From contig JBDKFG010000066.1 of the NCBI GenBank assembly GCA_039798785.1, forward strand, positions 1-28,098: a DNA stretch of 28,098 nt, read 5' to 3'. Shown one piece after another: positions 17,423-26,337 of this stretch. The notes under the pieces are model-generated. The model was given only the letters and a program-made list of their open reading frames with translations. It did not search any database and was not told where the DNA came from. This stretch comes from Verrucomicrobiota bacterium (GTDB taxonomy: Bacteria; Verrucomicrobiota; Lentisphaeria; Lentisphaerales; Lentisphaeraceae). Position 1 is the first letter of the stretch, and every line of letters begins with the position of its first letter. The position numbers were made by a program, and so were the translations under genes.

Positions 17423-17468
17423 TTGTCGTCTGCCTGCCTACCCTCATTGCGAAAAAGTGGAGAACGCC

Positions 17469-18731
17469 ATGGTCATTCTGAATCGGATTCTTAACGTCCT
17501 GATCCTCCTGTTGGCCATTTTTGCCGCCGCAGCCTCTTGGCTCCTGCATCAGCGCCGCGCTGAGCTTCGTGACCGAGCCGAGCTCTTGCAAAAGACCTCA
17601 ATCGCCGCCCTCAAGTCGATCGAAGGCACCGCCGATGACGACGCAGGCTGGTTCGGAACCAGCCACGCCAGCAACTTCAAGAAGGAAAATCTTAGCTGGG
17701 AGAAATACCACAGCGCCGGCAAGGACACCTACGAGAAGAAAACCTTGAAAGAGCTGACCGATCTCGCCGATGAAGTCGCCGCCCACCGCACCAAGCTTGC
17801 CGACGCCGCCACCGCCTACGCCACCACCTCGCGCATCTTCACCGAAGACGCCGACATGAAGGACAAGGCCGGCCTCCTCAACAGCCAATACAAAAAATTC
17901 GACTTCGATGCAAGCAAGGACATCCACCCCCAAGTCCTCACTCATATCACCAACCACCTGGCCCGTGAAGACGCCTTCATCGCCGCCATCGAAAAGTTCG
18001 GCAAGAGCATCAACAAACCCGTCGACACCGTCGCCATCGGCGACCCCAAGTCCCTCGGCAACAAATCCTACAACACCGCCCTCGACGAACTGAACACCAA
18101 CTGCGGCAAGCTCTTCACCAACCGCAACGCCCTCGCCGAAGGCTTCCGTGCCGCCGTCAAGGCCGCCACCAGCCCCCGCTACAACAGCCAGGTCAACGCC
18201 GACCTCCTCATCTCCGAAAACCCCGAAGACTACAACGCCGCGATGGCCGACTTCGTCGCCAAAGACATCAAGCACTTCAACGACGAACTCGAGCGCCTCG
18301 CCCAAACCCTCGAAAAGAACGAAAGACTGCAAGCCGAAGTCGCCGACCTCAGCGGCCGCCTTGAACAGTCGCAAGCCATGGTCAACGACCTCAAGAACAA
18401 AGTCGGTGAATGCAACGCGGAAATCGCTCGCCTGACCAAGAAAGTCGACGAGCTCGAAGCCGCCCTGAATGTCGGCGACACCGTCCAGCTCGACGCCAAG
18501 ATCATCGCCAACGTCCTCGAAGTCAACGAGAAATACTCCTTCGTCGTCATCGACAAGGGCTCCGAAGACGATGTCAAGACCCGCGGCATCATGCTGGTCC
18601 ACTCCAACGGCCGCTACCTCTGCAAAATCAAGATCACCCGCGTCCTGCCTCATCACTCGGTCGCAGAGATCTTGAGCGAGACCCGCGCCGACATCCCCAC
18701 CATCGGTGACACCTGCATCGTCGGCCGCTAA
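17469..18731 (+). CDS. Membrane-anchored coiled-coil protein with C-terminal small beta-barrel (FlgT C-terminal-like)
   Basis: GGAGA SD; N-terminal TM; heptad-rich region; VLEVNEKYSFVVIDKGSEDDV...SVAEIL...IGDTC; strongly C-ending codon bias. Confidence 0.8.
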   Translation: MVILNRILNVLILLLAIFAAAASWLLHQRRAELRDRAELLQKTSIAALKSIEGTADDDAGWFGTSHASNFKKENLSWEKYHSAGKDTYEKKTLKELTDLADEVAAHRTKLADAATAYATTSRIFTEDADMKDKAGLLNSQYKKFDFDASKDIHPQVLTHITNHLAREDAFIAAIEKFGKSINKPVDTVAIGDPKSLGNKSYNTALDELNTNCGKLFTNRNALAEGFRAAVKAATSPRYNSQVNADLLISENPEDYNAAMADFVAKDIKHFNDELERLAQTLEKNERLQAEVADLSGRLEQSQAMVNDLKNKVGECNAEIARLTKKVDELEAALNVGDTVQLDAKIIANVLEVNEKYSFVVIDKGSEDDVKTRGIMLVHSNGRYLCKIKITRVLPHHSVAEILSETRADIPTIGDTCIVGR

Positions 18732-18749
18732 GACAAGGAGCGCCAACTC

Positions 18750-18962
18750 ATGATGAACTCCATCTTCCACGCCGTCGTCGCCTTCCTGTCGCTCACCCTG
18801 ATCTGCACCACCCTCTTCCTCTGCCACGACGACGCTTGCTACTTCTGCGGCGACGAACCTAGCCAGAAAGAGAAGTCGTTCACCATCATCGGCAAGTCGA
18901 TCGACAACTACAAGCAGTACTGGAACAAAGAAAACTTCAGCAAGAACCTCCCGCCCAAATGA
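18750..18962 (+). CDS. Small hypothetical membrane/exported protein (70 aa)
   Basis: AAGGAG SD at 18736-18741; host-like codon usage; hydrophobic N-terminus; stop overlaps next ATG. Confidence 0.7.
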   Translation: MMNSIFHAVVAFLSLTLICTTLFLCHDDACYFCGDEPSQKEKSFTIIGKSIDNYKQYWNKENFSKNLPPK

Positions 18963-19114
18963 AATCACGCCGTTTCCTCCTCCTCGCCCTCGCGGCCGCC
19001 AGCCTGCTCAACGCAGGCTGTGCGCTTTTTGAAATCGACGACGACTATGTCGACGACAAGCCTCAGAACCGTCCCCAGGACTGGGAGTACTCGACCCCGG
19101 GCATGCGTCACTGA
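18959..19114 (+). CDS. Small lipoprotein (51 aa), not in ORF track
   Basis: ATGA overlap with upstream ORF; MKSRRFLLLALAAASLLNAG|CALFEIDDDYVDDKPQNRPQDWEYSTPGMRH; lipobox-like Cys21; stop 3 nt before trmL. Confidence 0.75.
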   Translation: MKSRRFLLLALAAASLLNAGCALFEIDDDYVDDKPQNRPQDWEYSTPGMRH

Positions 19115-19117
19115 TCC

Positions 19118-19585
19118 ATGCAGATCGTTCTCGTCCACCCGGAAATTCCGCAAAACACTGGCTCGATCGGACGCATGTGCGTGTGCACTGGCACACGCCT
19201 TCACCTGATCGAGCCTTTGGGCTTTTCCCTCGACGAAAGCCGGGTCAAACGCGCCGGCATGGACTACTGGAAACACGTCGACCTCCACGTCCATGCCGAT
19301 TGGGACGCTTTCCTCGCCGCTAATCCCAAGGCCCGGATGATCTTCGCCTCGACCAAGGGCACCAAGCCCTACTTCGCCCACAAATTCGAAGCCGACGACT
19401 GCATCGTCTTCGGCAAGGAGTCCGCCGGTTTTCCGCCGGACTTCTACTCCCTCTACGCCGAACAGCTCATCACCATCCCGATGAACGGCCAGTTCGTCCG
19501 CTCCCACAACCTCGCCACTTCCGCCGCCATCGTCCTCTACGAAGGCATCCGGCAGCTGCAATTCCCGCACTTCAATCCGGTCTGA
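19118..19585 (+). CDS. trmL: tRNA (cytidine/uridine-34 2'-O)-methyltransferase TrmL
   Basis: PEIPQNTGSIGR, LHLIEPLGF, KRAGMDYW, FGKESAG, IPM...RSHNLA. Confidence 0.95.
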   Translation: MQIVLVHPEIPQNTGSIGRMCVCTGTRLHLIEPLGFSLDESRVKRAGMDYWKHVDLHVHADWDAFLAANPKARMIFASTKGTKPYFAHKFEADDCIVFGKESAGFPPDFYSLYAEQLITIPMNGQFVRSHNLATSAAIVLYEGIRQLQFPHFNPV

Positions 19586-19661
19586 AGCTCGTTGAGGCTC
19601 GTTCTTGCTTTCGGGCAGGATCCGGGCTATCTTGTTTGCAGCCAACCCTTCACAGCTCCCC

Positions 19662-20672
19662 ATGAATTTCGCCGATCCACGCTCCGACATCGCCTTCAAG
19701 AAGATCTTCGGCTCGCAGCAGCGCAGCCACATCCTGATCTCCTTCCTCAATGCCGCCCTCGGCTTCGGCGGCGAGCGCGCCATCGCCTCCCTCACCATCC
19801 TCAATCCCTACCAGGCACCGGATCTGAAAGGCTTGAAGGAAAGCATCCTCGATGTCAAGGCGACCGACAAGCTCGGCCGCGAATTCATCGTCGAGATGCA
19901 GATCGAGCGCGACCCTTTCTTCTGCAAACGCGCCGTCTACTACAGCGCCAAAGCCTACAGCCAGCAGCTCGATAAAGGCCTGTACTACGACACCTTGCAC
20001 GAGGTCTACTTCCTCGGCATTCTCAGCTTCAATGTCTTCGACAACGACAAGCCGCTCAGCCGTCACCTCATCCTCAACGAAGAGACCCGCCAGCAGGACA
20101 TCAAGGAGCTGGAATTCAACTTCATCGAACTGCCGAAGTTCCTTAAGACCGAGGCTCAGCTCGACAACATCGTCGACAAGTGGCTCTTCTTCCTCAAGCA
20201 CGCGGTGGAGTTTGAAACCGTCCCGAAGGCCCTGGCCTCCGAGCCCGCCATTCGCGAGGCCCTGGAAATTGCTGACCAGCACAACTGGAGTCGCAACGAG
20301 ATCGACGCCTACGAACACTGGAGCATGCGCGAACGCGCCAGCCTTCTGAACCGGGAAGCCTTGCAGCGCGAGGTCGACCAGGCCAAGGCCGATGCCGACG
20401 CCGCCAAGGCCGATGCCGACGCCGCCAAGGCCGATGCCGACGCCGCCAAGGCCGATGCCGACGCCGCCAAGGCCGATGCCGACGCCGCCAAGGCACTTGC
20501 TGCCCAGGCGGAGCTCCGTGTCGAAGCCGAGGCCCATGCCCGCCAAAGGGCTGAAGGCGAGCTTGCCTTGGAGCGCCAAAAGGCCGAGACGCAACTGGCC
20601 CAGGCGCTGGCGAAAATGATCCAGAGCGGCATGCCGGAAGCTCAAGCCCGGCAGTGGCTCGGCTTGCCCTGA
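19662..20672 (+). CDS. Rpn-family recombination-promoting nuclease / putative transposase (PD-(D/E)XK)
   Basis: DIAFKKIFG, LISFLNA, ILDVKATD...FIVEMQ, FIELPKF, KWLFFL; coiled-coil repeat C-terminus. Confidence 0.9.
   Translation: MNFADPRSDIAFKKIFGSQQRSHILISFLNAALGFGGERAIASLTILNPYQAPDLKGLKESILDVKATDKLGREFIVEMQIERDPFFCKRAVYYSAKAYSQQLDKGLYYDTLHEVYFLGILSFNVFDNDKPLSRHLILNEETRQQDIKELEFNFIELPKFLKTEAQLDNIVDKWLFFLKHAVEFETVPKALASEPAIREALEIADQHNWSRNEIDAYEHWSMRERASLLNREALQREVDQAKADADAAKADADAAKADADAAKADADAAKADADAAKALAAQAELRVEAEAHARQRAEGELALERQKAETQLAQALAKMIQSGMPEAQARQWLGLP
20382..20494 (+). repeat. 21-bp perfect tandem repeat x5 encoding AKADADA heptads
   Basis: GCCAAGGCCGATGCCGACGCC at 20382, 20403, 20424, 20445, 20466 plus partial. 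Confidence 0.95.
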
Positions 20673-20831
20673 GATCGACTCACCGACTCACCGCCAAGCC
20701 GGATCATTTTCCATTTGCCAAGTTACATTGGCCTCGAAGTCCCTCACCCCTCAGGCATTACGGACTTCCCCTTTTCGGCCGATTCCGGCCACCGTTAATC
20801 AACTCTCACTGACAGCCCCTTTGGGTCCCCC

Positions 20832-23800
20832 ATGAATTTCCGCCAAGGCATCCTCGATTACCTCGCCGCCGACAAATCCGGCCACGGCCTCAAACGCAAC
20901 CAGTTCGCCCGCCGCTTGTGCAACAACCCGGACGAAAAACACGCCATGCTGCACGCTCTCCATGAGCTCGAGCAGGAAGGCGTCATCATCCGCAATCACG
21001 GCGGCGACTACAGCCTCAGCAAAACCCCGCCGCCGCAAGCTGAACCCGGCTTCAAACGCCGCGGCGAAGTCAGCGAAGAAACCGCCGCCCGCGGCCTCCT
21101 CGAAGGCATCATCAGCTGCAAAGACACCGGCATCGCCTTTGTCAAAATCCCCGGTTCCGACCAGTCGGTCTTCATCCCGCCCCGCTGCGCCGGCAACGCC
21201 ATCAGCGGCGACATCGTCAAGGTCCTGATCACCGCCGAAGGCGATACCCGTGGCCCGGTCGGCAAGGTCGTCGCCATCACCGGCTCCTCCATCGACACCG
21301 TCATCGGCGTCCTCGAGCTCCGCTCCGAAGGCCAAGGGCTCCAGGTCCGCCCGCTGCGCGCCGGCATCCCCGCCGTCCTCGTCGCCGAACCCGTCCTCGA
21401 AGAAGGCGTCACCTGCCAGCTCGGCGACTTCGTCCGGGTCAAACTGATGCCCCGCCGTCCCGACATCAACATCCTCAGCGGCCTCGTCGAAGCCCGCCTT
21501 GGCGACGGCGCCAGCCTCAGCGTCGAGCTCGACGCCATCATCTCCGAATACGGACTGCAGCCGCTCTGGCATGAGAGCGAAGATGCCATCGCCGCCAAGA
21601 TCCGCGCCCGTCCGATGAAACGCACCGACATGACCGACGCCATCGTCCTGACCATCGACCCGAAAGACGCCAAGGACCACGACGACGCCCTCTCTTTCCA
21701 CCCCGGTCCCGGCCCGGACGAAATCACCGTCGGCATCCACATCGCCGATGTCGCCGCCTACGTCTCGCCGACTTCGGAGCTCTTCCAGAAGGTCAGCCGC
21801 CGCTGCTTCACCGCCTATCTCCCCGGCCGCACCCTGCCGATGCTGCCGCCGGTGCTGGTGCGCAAGCGCTGCAGCCTGATCGAGGGCGAGGAGAAGCCCG
21901 CCCACACCGTCATGGTCACCTACCACAAAGACAGCGGCAAAGCCATCCGTTACGAGCGCTTCCACAGCACCGTCAAGGTCCGCAAATACCTCTACTACGA
22001 GCAGCTCCAGCAGCTCGCCGACGCCGGCTTCGAAGGCGGCGACTGGAAACCCGAAATCAGAGCCTCCCTCAAAGGCCTGTACGAGCTCGCCCTCAAGACC
22101 CGCGTCTGGCGCCAGAAGAACGAAGCCTTCATCCCCATCGACGCCCCGGAAGTCCGCGTCATGGTCGACCACCTGCGCATGGAAATCGTCGGCCTGAAGC
22201 GCGAAGTCCAGACCGAGGCCAACCAGATGGTCGAGGAATTCATGCTCGCCGGCAACGTCGCCGTGGCGCAGGAGATCGTCGCCAAGAAAAGCGGCGGCCT
22301 GTTCCGCGTCCACCCGGCTCCCGACGAAGAGAAGTCGATGGAATTCGCCTTCACCGCCAAGGCCGTCTACGGCATCGAAGTCCGCGACCTCGGCAAACGT
22401 GAAAACTGCGTCGAATTCCTGGCCGAGCTGCACGGCCACCCCGCAGCCAGCTCGATCTCGAACGACTTCCTCCGCACCATGCAGAAAGCCCGCTACGCCG
22501 CCGAACCGGCCCTCCACTACGGCCTCGGCAAAGAGCTCTACTCGCACTTCACCTCACCCATCCGCCGCCTCTCCGACCTGCTGGTTCACCAGCAGCTGTG
22601 GGAAATCGACTGCGGCCGCAAGGTGGTCTGGAAGCAGGAGGATCTCGAACGCTTCGCCCGCCATTGCAGCGAAAGCGAAATGAACATCGACGAAGCCTAC
22701 CGTTCCTGCATGAACCGCTTCAAGCTCCACTTCATCGCCCATGAACAGGAACTCGGCCGGCTCCACCAGGTCAGCGCCGCGATCACCAAAATCACCCCCC
22801 GCGGCCTTCGCCTCTACAACGAAGACCTCGGCATGTACCTCAGCTGCGACCTCGCCAGCTTCGAAGACGATTACTACTTCGTCGCCGAAGACGGCTCGCA
22901 GATGACCGGAAAACGCCACGGAAAAGTCATCCGTTGCGGCCAGAAAATGCTCTTCGAACTCGCCGAGCCCGACATCGGCAAAAGAGAAGTCGCGTGCCGA
23001 CCGGTTCCCTGGAACCAACAGCCCCCACTCGCTCCCCTCCCCTCCTTCCGCCAGCAAGACAACCCCGATAGAGATGTGATGAATCCCAGACAGAAATCCT
23101 CCCCCGATAAACCCTTCGGCAAATTCGTCCGCGCCGCCCCCGCCAAACACGCGCCCAAAGACGAGACCAAATCCGAAGGCCGCGGCCCCCGCAAAAGCCG
23201 CGAACTGGGCGGCAACGACAAGCCCCGCTTCAAATCCGCCGACGCCAAGCCCAAATTCAAATCCGATGACCGCGGCGAGCGCAAGCCCTTCGGCCGCGAC
23301 GATCGCGGCAGCGACGCCAAACCCAGCTTCAAATCCGATGACCGCGGCGAGCGCAAACCCTTGGCCCGCGACGACGGTTTCAAACCCCGCGCCGGCGGTA
23401 AATTCGCCGCCAAAGCGGAAGCCCGGGGCGAACAGAAACCCTTCACCCGTGACGATGATCGCGGCGAACAGAAACCCCGCTTCGGCGGCTTCGCCAAGTC
23501 CGAAGATCGCGGCGAGCGCAAAGCTCCCGCCCGCGACGGCGACAAGCCCCGCTTCGGCAGCTTCGCCAAGTCCGAAGATCGCGGCGAGCGCAAAGCTCCC
23601 GCCCGCGACGGCGACAAGCCCCGCTTCAGCCGCGACCGTAAAACGTCAGCCCTCCAGGAAGAGGAGCGCGGCGAGCGCAAATCCGGCCCGGTAAAATCCC
23701 ACTTCAGCGGCGCCTCGTCCGGCAAAGGCCCCGGTGGCCCGGCGCCGAAATTCGACTGGCGCGCCCATGCCCGCGGCAAGGCCCAGGAACGCAAGGCCAA

Positions 23801-23915
23801 CCGCATCATCGACCACAGCAAGGAAGGCGAGCCCGAGAAAACCGCCGAAAAGACCACCTACATGAAAAACCCCTGGCAGCGTTCAGGACGCAAGAACCGC
23901 CGCAAAGGCCAATGA
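20832..23915 (+). CDS. rnr: Ribonuclease R with ~300-aa charged low-complexity C-terminal tail
   Basis: N-terminal HTH and CSD-like regions, TIDPKDAKDHDDALS, VHIADV-like (IHIADV), VEEFMLAGN, YSHFTSPIRR, S1-like region. Confidence 0.9.
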   Translation: MNFRQGILDYLAADKSGHGLKRNQFARRLCNNPDEKHAMLHALHELEQEGVIIRNHGGDYSLSKTPPPQAEPGFKRRGEVSEETAARGLLEGIISCKDTGIAFVKIPGSDQSVFIPPRCAGNAISGDIVKVLITAEGDTRGPVGKVVAITGSSIDTVIGVLELRSEGQGLQVRPLRAGIPAVLVAEPVLEEGVTCQLGDFVRVKLMPRRPDINILSGLVEARLGDGASLSVELDAIISEYGLQPLWHESEDAIAAKIRARPMKRTDMTDAIVLTIDPKDAKDHDDALSFHPGPGPDEITVGIHIADVAAYVSPTSELFQKVSRRCFTAYLPGRTLPMLPPVLVRKRCSLIEGEEKPAHTVMVTYHKDSGKAIRYERFHSTVKVRKYLYYEQLQQLADAGFEGGDWKPEIRASLKGLYELALKTRVWRQKNEAFIPIDAPEVRVMVDHLRMEIVGLKREVQTEANQMVEEFMLAGNVAVAQEIVAKKSGGLFRVHPAPDEEKSMEFAFTAKAVYGIEVRDLGKRENCVEFLAELHGHPAASSISNDFLRTMQKARYAAEPALHYGLGKELYSHFTSPIRRLSDLLVHQQLWEIDCGRKVVWKQEDLERFARHCSESEMNIDEAYRSCMNRFKLHFIAHEQELGRLHQVSAAITKITPRGLRLYNEDLGMYLSCDLASFEDDYYFVAEDGSQMTGKRHGKVIRCGQKMLFELAEPDIGKREVACRPVPWNQQPPLAPLPSFRQQDNPDRDVMNPRQKSSPDKPFGKFVRAAPAKHAPKDETKSEGRGPRKSRELGGNDKPRFKSADAKPKFKSDDRGERKPFGRDDRGSDAKPSFKSDDRGERKPLARDDGFKPRAGGKFAAKAEARGEQKPFTRDDDRGEQKPRFGGFAKSEDRGERKAPARDGDKPRFGSFAKSEDRGERKAPARDGDKPRFSRDRKTSALQEEERGERKSGPVKSHFSGASSGKGPGGPAPKFDWRAHARGKAQERKANRIIDHSKEGEPEKTAEKTTYMKNPWQRSGRKNRRKGQ
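23241..23627 (+). repeat. 72-bp (24-aa) period coding repeats in RNase R tail
   Basis: Related units at 23241/23313; near-identical units at 23475/23547 (one mismatch) plus partial at 23619. Confidence 0.85.
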
Positions 23916-23972
23916 GCTGCGATCCGGCTCCCGCCCCATATCCGCCGATTCCTGGATTAGCGTCATGGTGAT

Positions 23973-24000
23973 TTGCCTCGACGCCCCGATGCGGTAGATT
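23973..24000 (+). promoter_or_regulatory. Possible sigma70 promoter for panBC
   Basis: TTGCCT-16 nt-TAGATT upstream of panB. Confidence 0.35.
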
Positions 24001-24031
24001 TGGGGCCTTTCAATCCGGAGTCCTACCGTCC

Positions 24032-24829
24032 ATGAGTGACCTTCGCCGCCTCACCCTTGCCGATCTGCGCCGCAAACGCGCGTCCGGCGAAGCTCTTGTC
24101 GCCGTGTCGCTCTACGACGCCTGCTTCGCCCGCCTCGCCGACGAGGCCGTGGACATCATCCTGGTCGGCGACTCCCTCGGCATGACCGTCCTCGGCCATG
24201 GCAGCACCGTGCCGGTCACCCTCGACGACATGGTCTCGGCCACCGCCGCCGTGGTCCGCGGCAGCCGCCGCGCCTTCATCGTCGCCGACCTCCCCTTCGG
24301 CACCTACCAGGCCTCCCCGGCCCAGGCCCTCGAATCCTCCGCCCGCCTGCTCCGCGCCGGCGCTCAGGCGGTGAAGATGGAAGGCGGCGCCTTCCTGGTC
24401 CCGCAGGTCGAACTTCTGGTCCGCTCCGGCATCCCGGTGATGGGGCACATCGGCGTCCTGCCGCAATCGGTCAACGTCGGCGGCTACCGCGCCAAGGGCC
24501 GGGACGAAGCGGAATCGCGCCTCCTCCTCGAAGACGCCCTGGCCCTGCAGCAGGCCGGCGCCTTCTCTCTGGTGCTGGAATGCGTCGGGGCGGCAGCGGC
24601 CGCCAGCCTCAGCTCCAAGCTCGAGATCCCGAGCATCGGCATCGGCAGCGGCCTCGGCTGCTCCGGCCAGATCCAGGTGATGCACGACATCCTCGGCCTC
24701 GATGAGAGCTTCCTGCCCCGCCACGCCCAGCGCTTCGCCGAACTCGGCCGCCTCGGCCGCGAGGCCTTCGCCTCGTATGCGCAAGCCGTCAGAAACCGGC
24801 ATTTCCCCGCCCCCGGCAACACCTACTGA
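24032..24829 (+). CDS. panB: 3-methyl-2-oxobutanoate hydroxymethyltransferase
   Basis: ILVGDSLGM, VADLPFGTY, AVKMEGG, VMGHIGVLPQ, IGIGSG, GQIQV. Confidence 0.97.
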   Translation: MSDLRRLTLADLRRKRASGEALVAVSLYDACFARLADEAVDIILVGDSLGMTVLGHGSTVPVTLDDMVSATAAVVRGSRRAFIVADLPFGTYQASPAQALESSARLLRAGAQAVKMEGGAFLVPQVELLVRSGIPVMGHIGVLPQSVNVGGYRAKGRDEAESRLLLEDALALQQAGAFSLVLECVGAAAAASLSSKLEIPSIGIGSGLGCSGQIQVMHDILGLDESFLPRHAQRFAELGRLGREAFASYAQAVRNRHFPAPGNTY

Positions 24830-24835
24830 GCCCAC

Positions 24836-25690
24836 ATGCAAATCATCGAAACCGTCAACGAAATCCGCCAGCTCTCCCGCGCTTGGAAGCGCGAAGGCCG
24901 CAGCGTCGGCTGCGTCCCCACCATGGGCGCCTTGCATGAAGGTCACATCAGCCTGGTCAAAGAAGCCCGCCGCCACGGCGCCAGCCGCATCGTCGTCACC
25001 ATCTTCGTCAACCCCACCCAGTTCGGGCCGAACGAGGACTTCAGCCGCTACCCTCGCACCATCGAGTCCGACCTGCAGGCCTGCGCCGCAGCCGGCGTCG
25101 CCGCCGTCTATGTGCCCTCGGTCGACGAAATGTACCGCCGCGACGCTTCATGCTGGGTTCAGGAGGAGAAACTCTCCCTCGGACTCTGCGGCCCCCTCCG
25201 CCCCGGCCATTTCCGCGGCGTCGCCACCGTCGTCTTGAAGCTTCTCAACGCCGTCGAGCCCGACCTCGCGGTCTTCGGCGAAAAGGACTTCCAGCAGCTC
25301 GCGGTGATCCGCCGCATGGTCCGCGATCTCGACCACGGCTGCGAGATCCTCGGAGCACCCACCCTGCGCGATCCCGACGGCTTGGCAATGTCGTCGCGCA
25401 ACCGTTATCTCAACCCGGAGGAGCGCCAGCGCGCCCTCGCCCTCCCAAAGGCCCTCCAAGGCATGCGTCGCGAGCTCGCCGCCAACCCGGTGACGCCTCC
25501 TTCCGTCCTGCTCGAATCCGCCCGCGCCCTTCTCGCCACGGTCGACGCACGGATCGACTACATCGAGATCGTCGACTCCGAGTCGCTCGCCCATCTCGAC
25601 ACCTTCGACGGCGTCCGCTCCGCCCGCGCCATCGCCGCCGTGCGCATCGGCACGACCAGGCTGATCGACAACCTGGCTCTCTTCGGCTGA
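24836..25690 (+). CDS. panC: Pantoate-beta-alanine ligase
   Basis: VPTMGALHEGH, IFVNPTQF, RPGHFRGV, FGEKDFQQ, DGLAMSSRN, RLIDN. Confidence 0.97.
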   Translation: MQIIETVNEIRQLSRAWKREGRSVGCVPTMGALHEGHISLVKEARRHGASRIVVTIFVNPTQFGPNEDFSRYPRTIESDLQACAAAGVAAVYVPSVDEMYRRDASCWVQEEKLSLGLCGPLRPGHFRGVATVVLKLLNAVEPDLAVFGEKDFQQLAVIRRMVRDLDHGCEILGAPTLRDPDGLAMSSRNRYLNPEERQRALALPKALQGMRRELAANPVTPPSVLLESARALLATVDARIDYIEIVDSESLAHLDTFDGVRSARAIAAVRIGTTRLIDNLALFG

Positions 25691-25763
25691 GGCAGAATCG
25701 AGCTCTAAACCCGAGCACCTTGATCCTCGGGCTTTTCATGCCCGGAGAAAATAATTGCCGCGC

Positions 25764-25790
25764 CGATGAATCCTCGTTCATTCCGGGAAC
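25764..25790 (+). promoter_or_regulatory. Putative ECF autoregulatory promoter (CGATGAATCC-N11-GGGAAC)
   Basis: Same motif and spacing recur at 27780-27806. Confidence 0.65.
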
Positions 25791-25814
25791 ATGTTACAGC
25801 AGGAGCCCGCGACC

Positions 25815-26336
25815 ATGGATGACAGCGCCATCATCAACCTTTTCGTCTCGCACCGCGACCGCCTCTGGACCATGGCGCATCTGATCCTGCGCGACCATCA
25901 ACTGGCCGAAGACGCGATGCAGGAGACGCTGGCCGAGCTGCTTCGCGGCTCGGCAAACTATGACGACTCGCGGCCGCTGCTCAACTGGGCCATCGGAGTG
26001 ACCCGGTTCAAGGCCATGCAGATCCTCCGCAAACACCATCGCCTCAGCCTTTTTGATGAACGCGAGATCGCCGAGATCGAAGGTGAGCTGGTCGTCTCTT
26101 CGCACTCCGACGCGGATCGCGACGACGAGGAGCAACGGACTGCAGCCTTGCGCCATTGCCTCGAGCTTCTCAGCGAGTCAAACCGCAAGCTCCTGCTCAA
26201 CAAATACGAAGGCAAGCAGAGCGCACGCCAGCTCAGCGCCGCACGCCGCTGCAGCGAAACCGCCATCTTCTCGCTGCTGCAGCGGCTGCGGATCCAGGTG
26301 CACCGCTGCGTCACCCAGCAGTTGCAAGGAGGCTGA
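25815..26336 (+). CDS. ECF sigma-70 family factor (PVC-type, anti-sigma associated)
   Basis: DHQLAEDAMQE, NWAIGVTRF, LRHCLELL, sigma4 HTH; AGGAG SD at 25801 supports ATG 25815 (alternative 25791). Confidence 0.9.
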   Translation: MDDSAIINLFVSHRDRLWTMAHLILRDHQLAEDAMQETLAELLRGSANYDDSRPLLNWAIGVTRFKAMQILRKHHRLSLFDEREIAEIEGELVVSSHSDADRDDEEQRTAALRHCLELLSESNRKLLLNKYEGKQSARQLSAARRCSETAIFSLLQRLRIQVHRCVTQQLQGG

Positions 26337-26337
26337 A

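Noticed and set aside
23078..23103. Third GATGAATCC copy inside rnr
   Set aside because: Lacks the G(G/T)GAA element at 11-nt spacing
23916..24031. Riboswitch or pan RNA motif upstream of panB
   Set aside because: Only a weak 6-bp inverted repeat (CGGTAG/CTACCG); a covariance-model search would be needed
12751..24976. Long antisense ORFs (12751-14502, 17598-18968, 19650-20645, 20799-22547, 24023-24976 and similar)
   Set aside because: Stop-poor opposite frames of GC-rich genes, with no recognisable motifs
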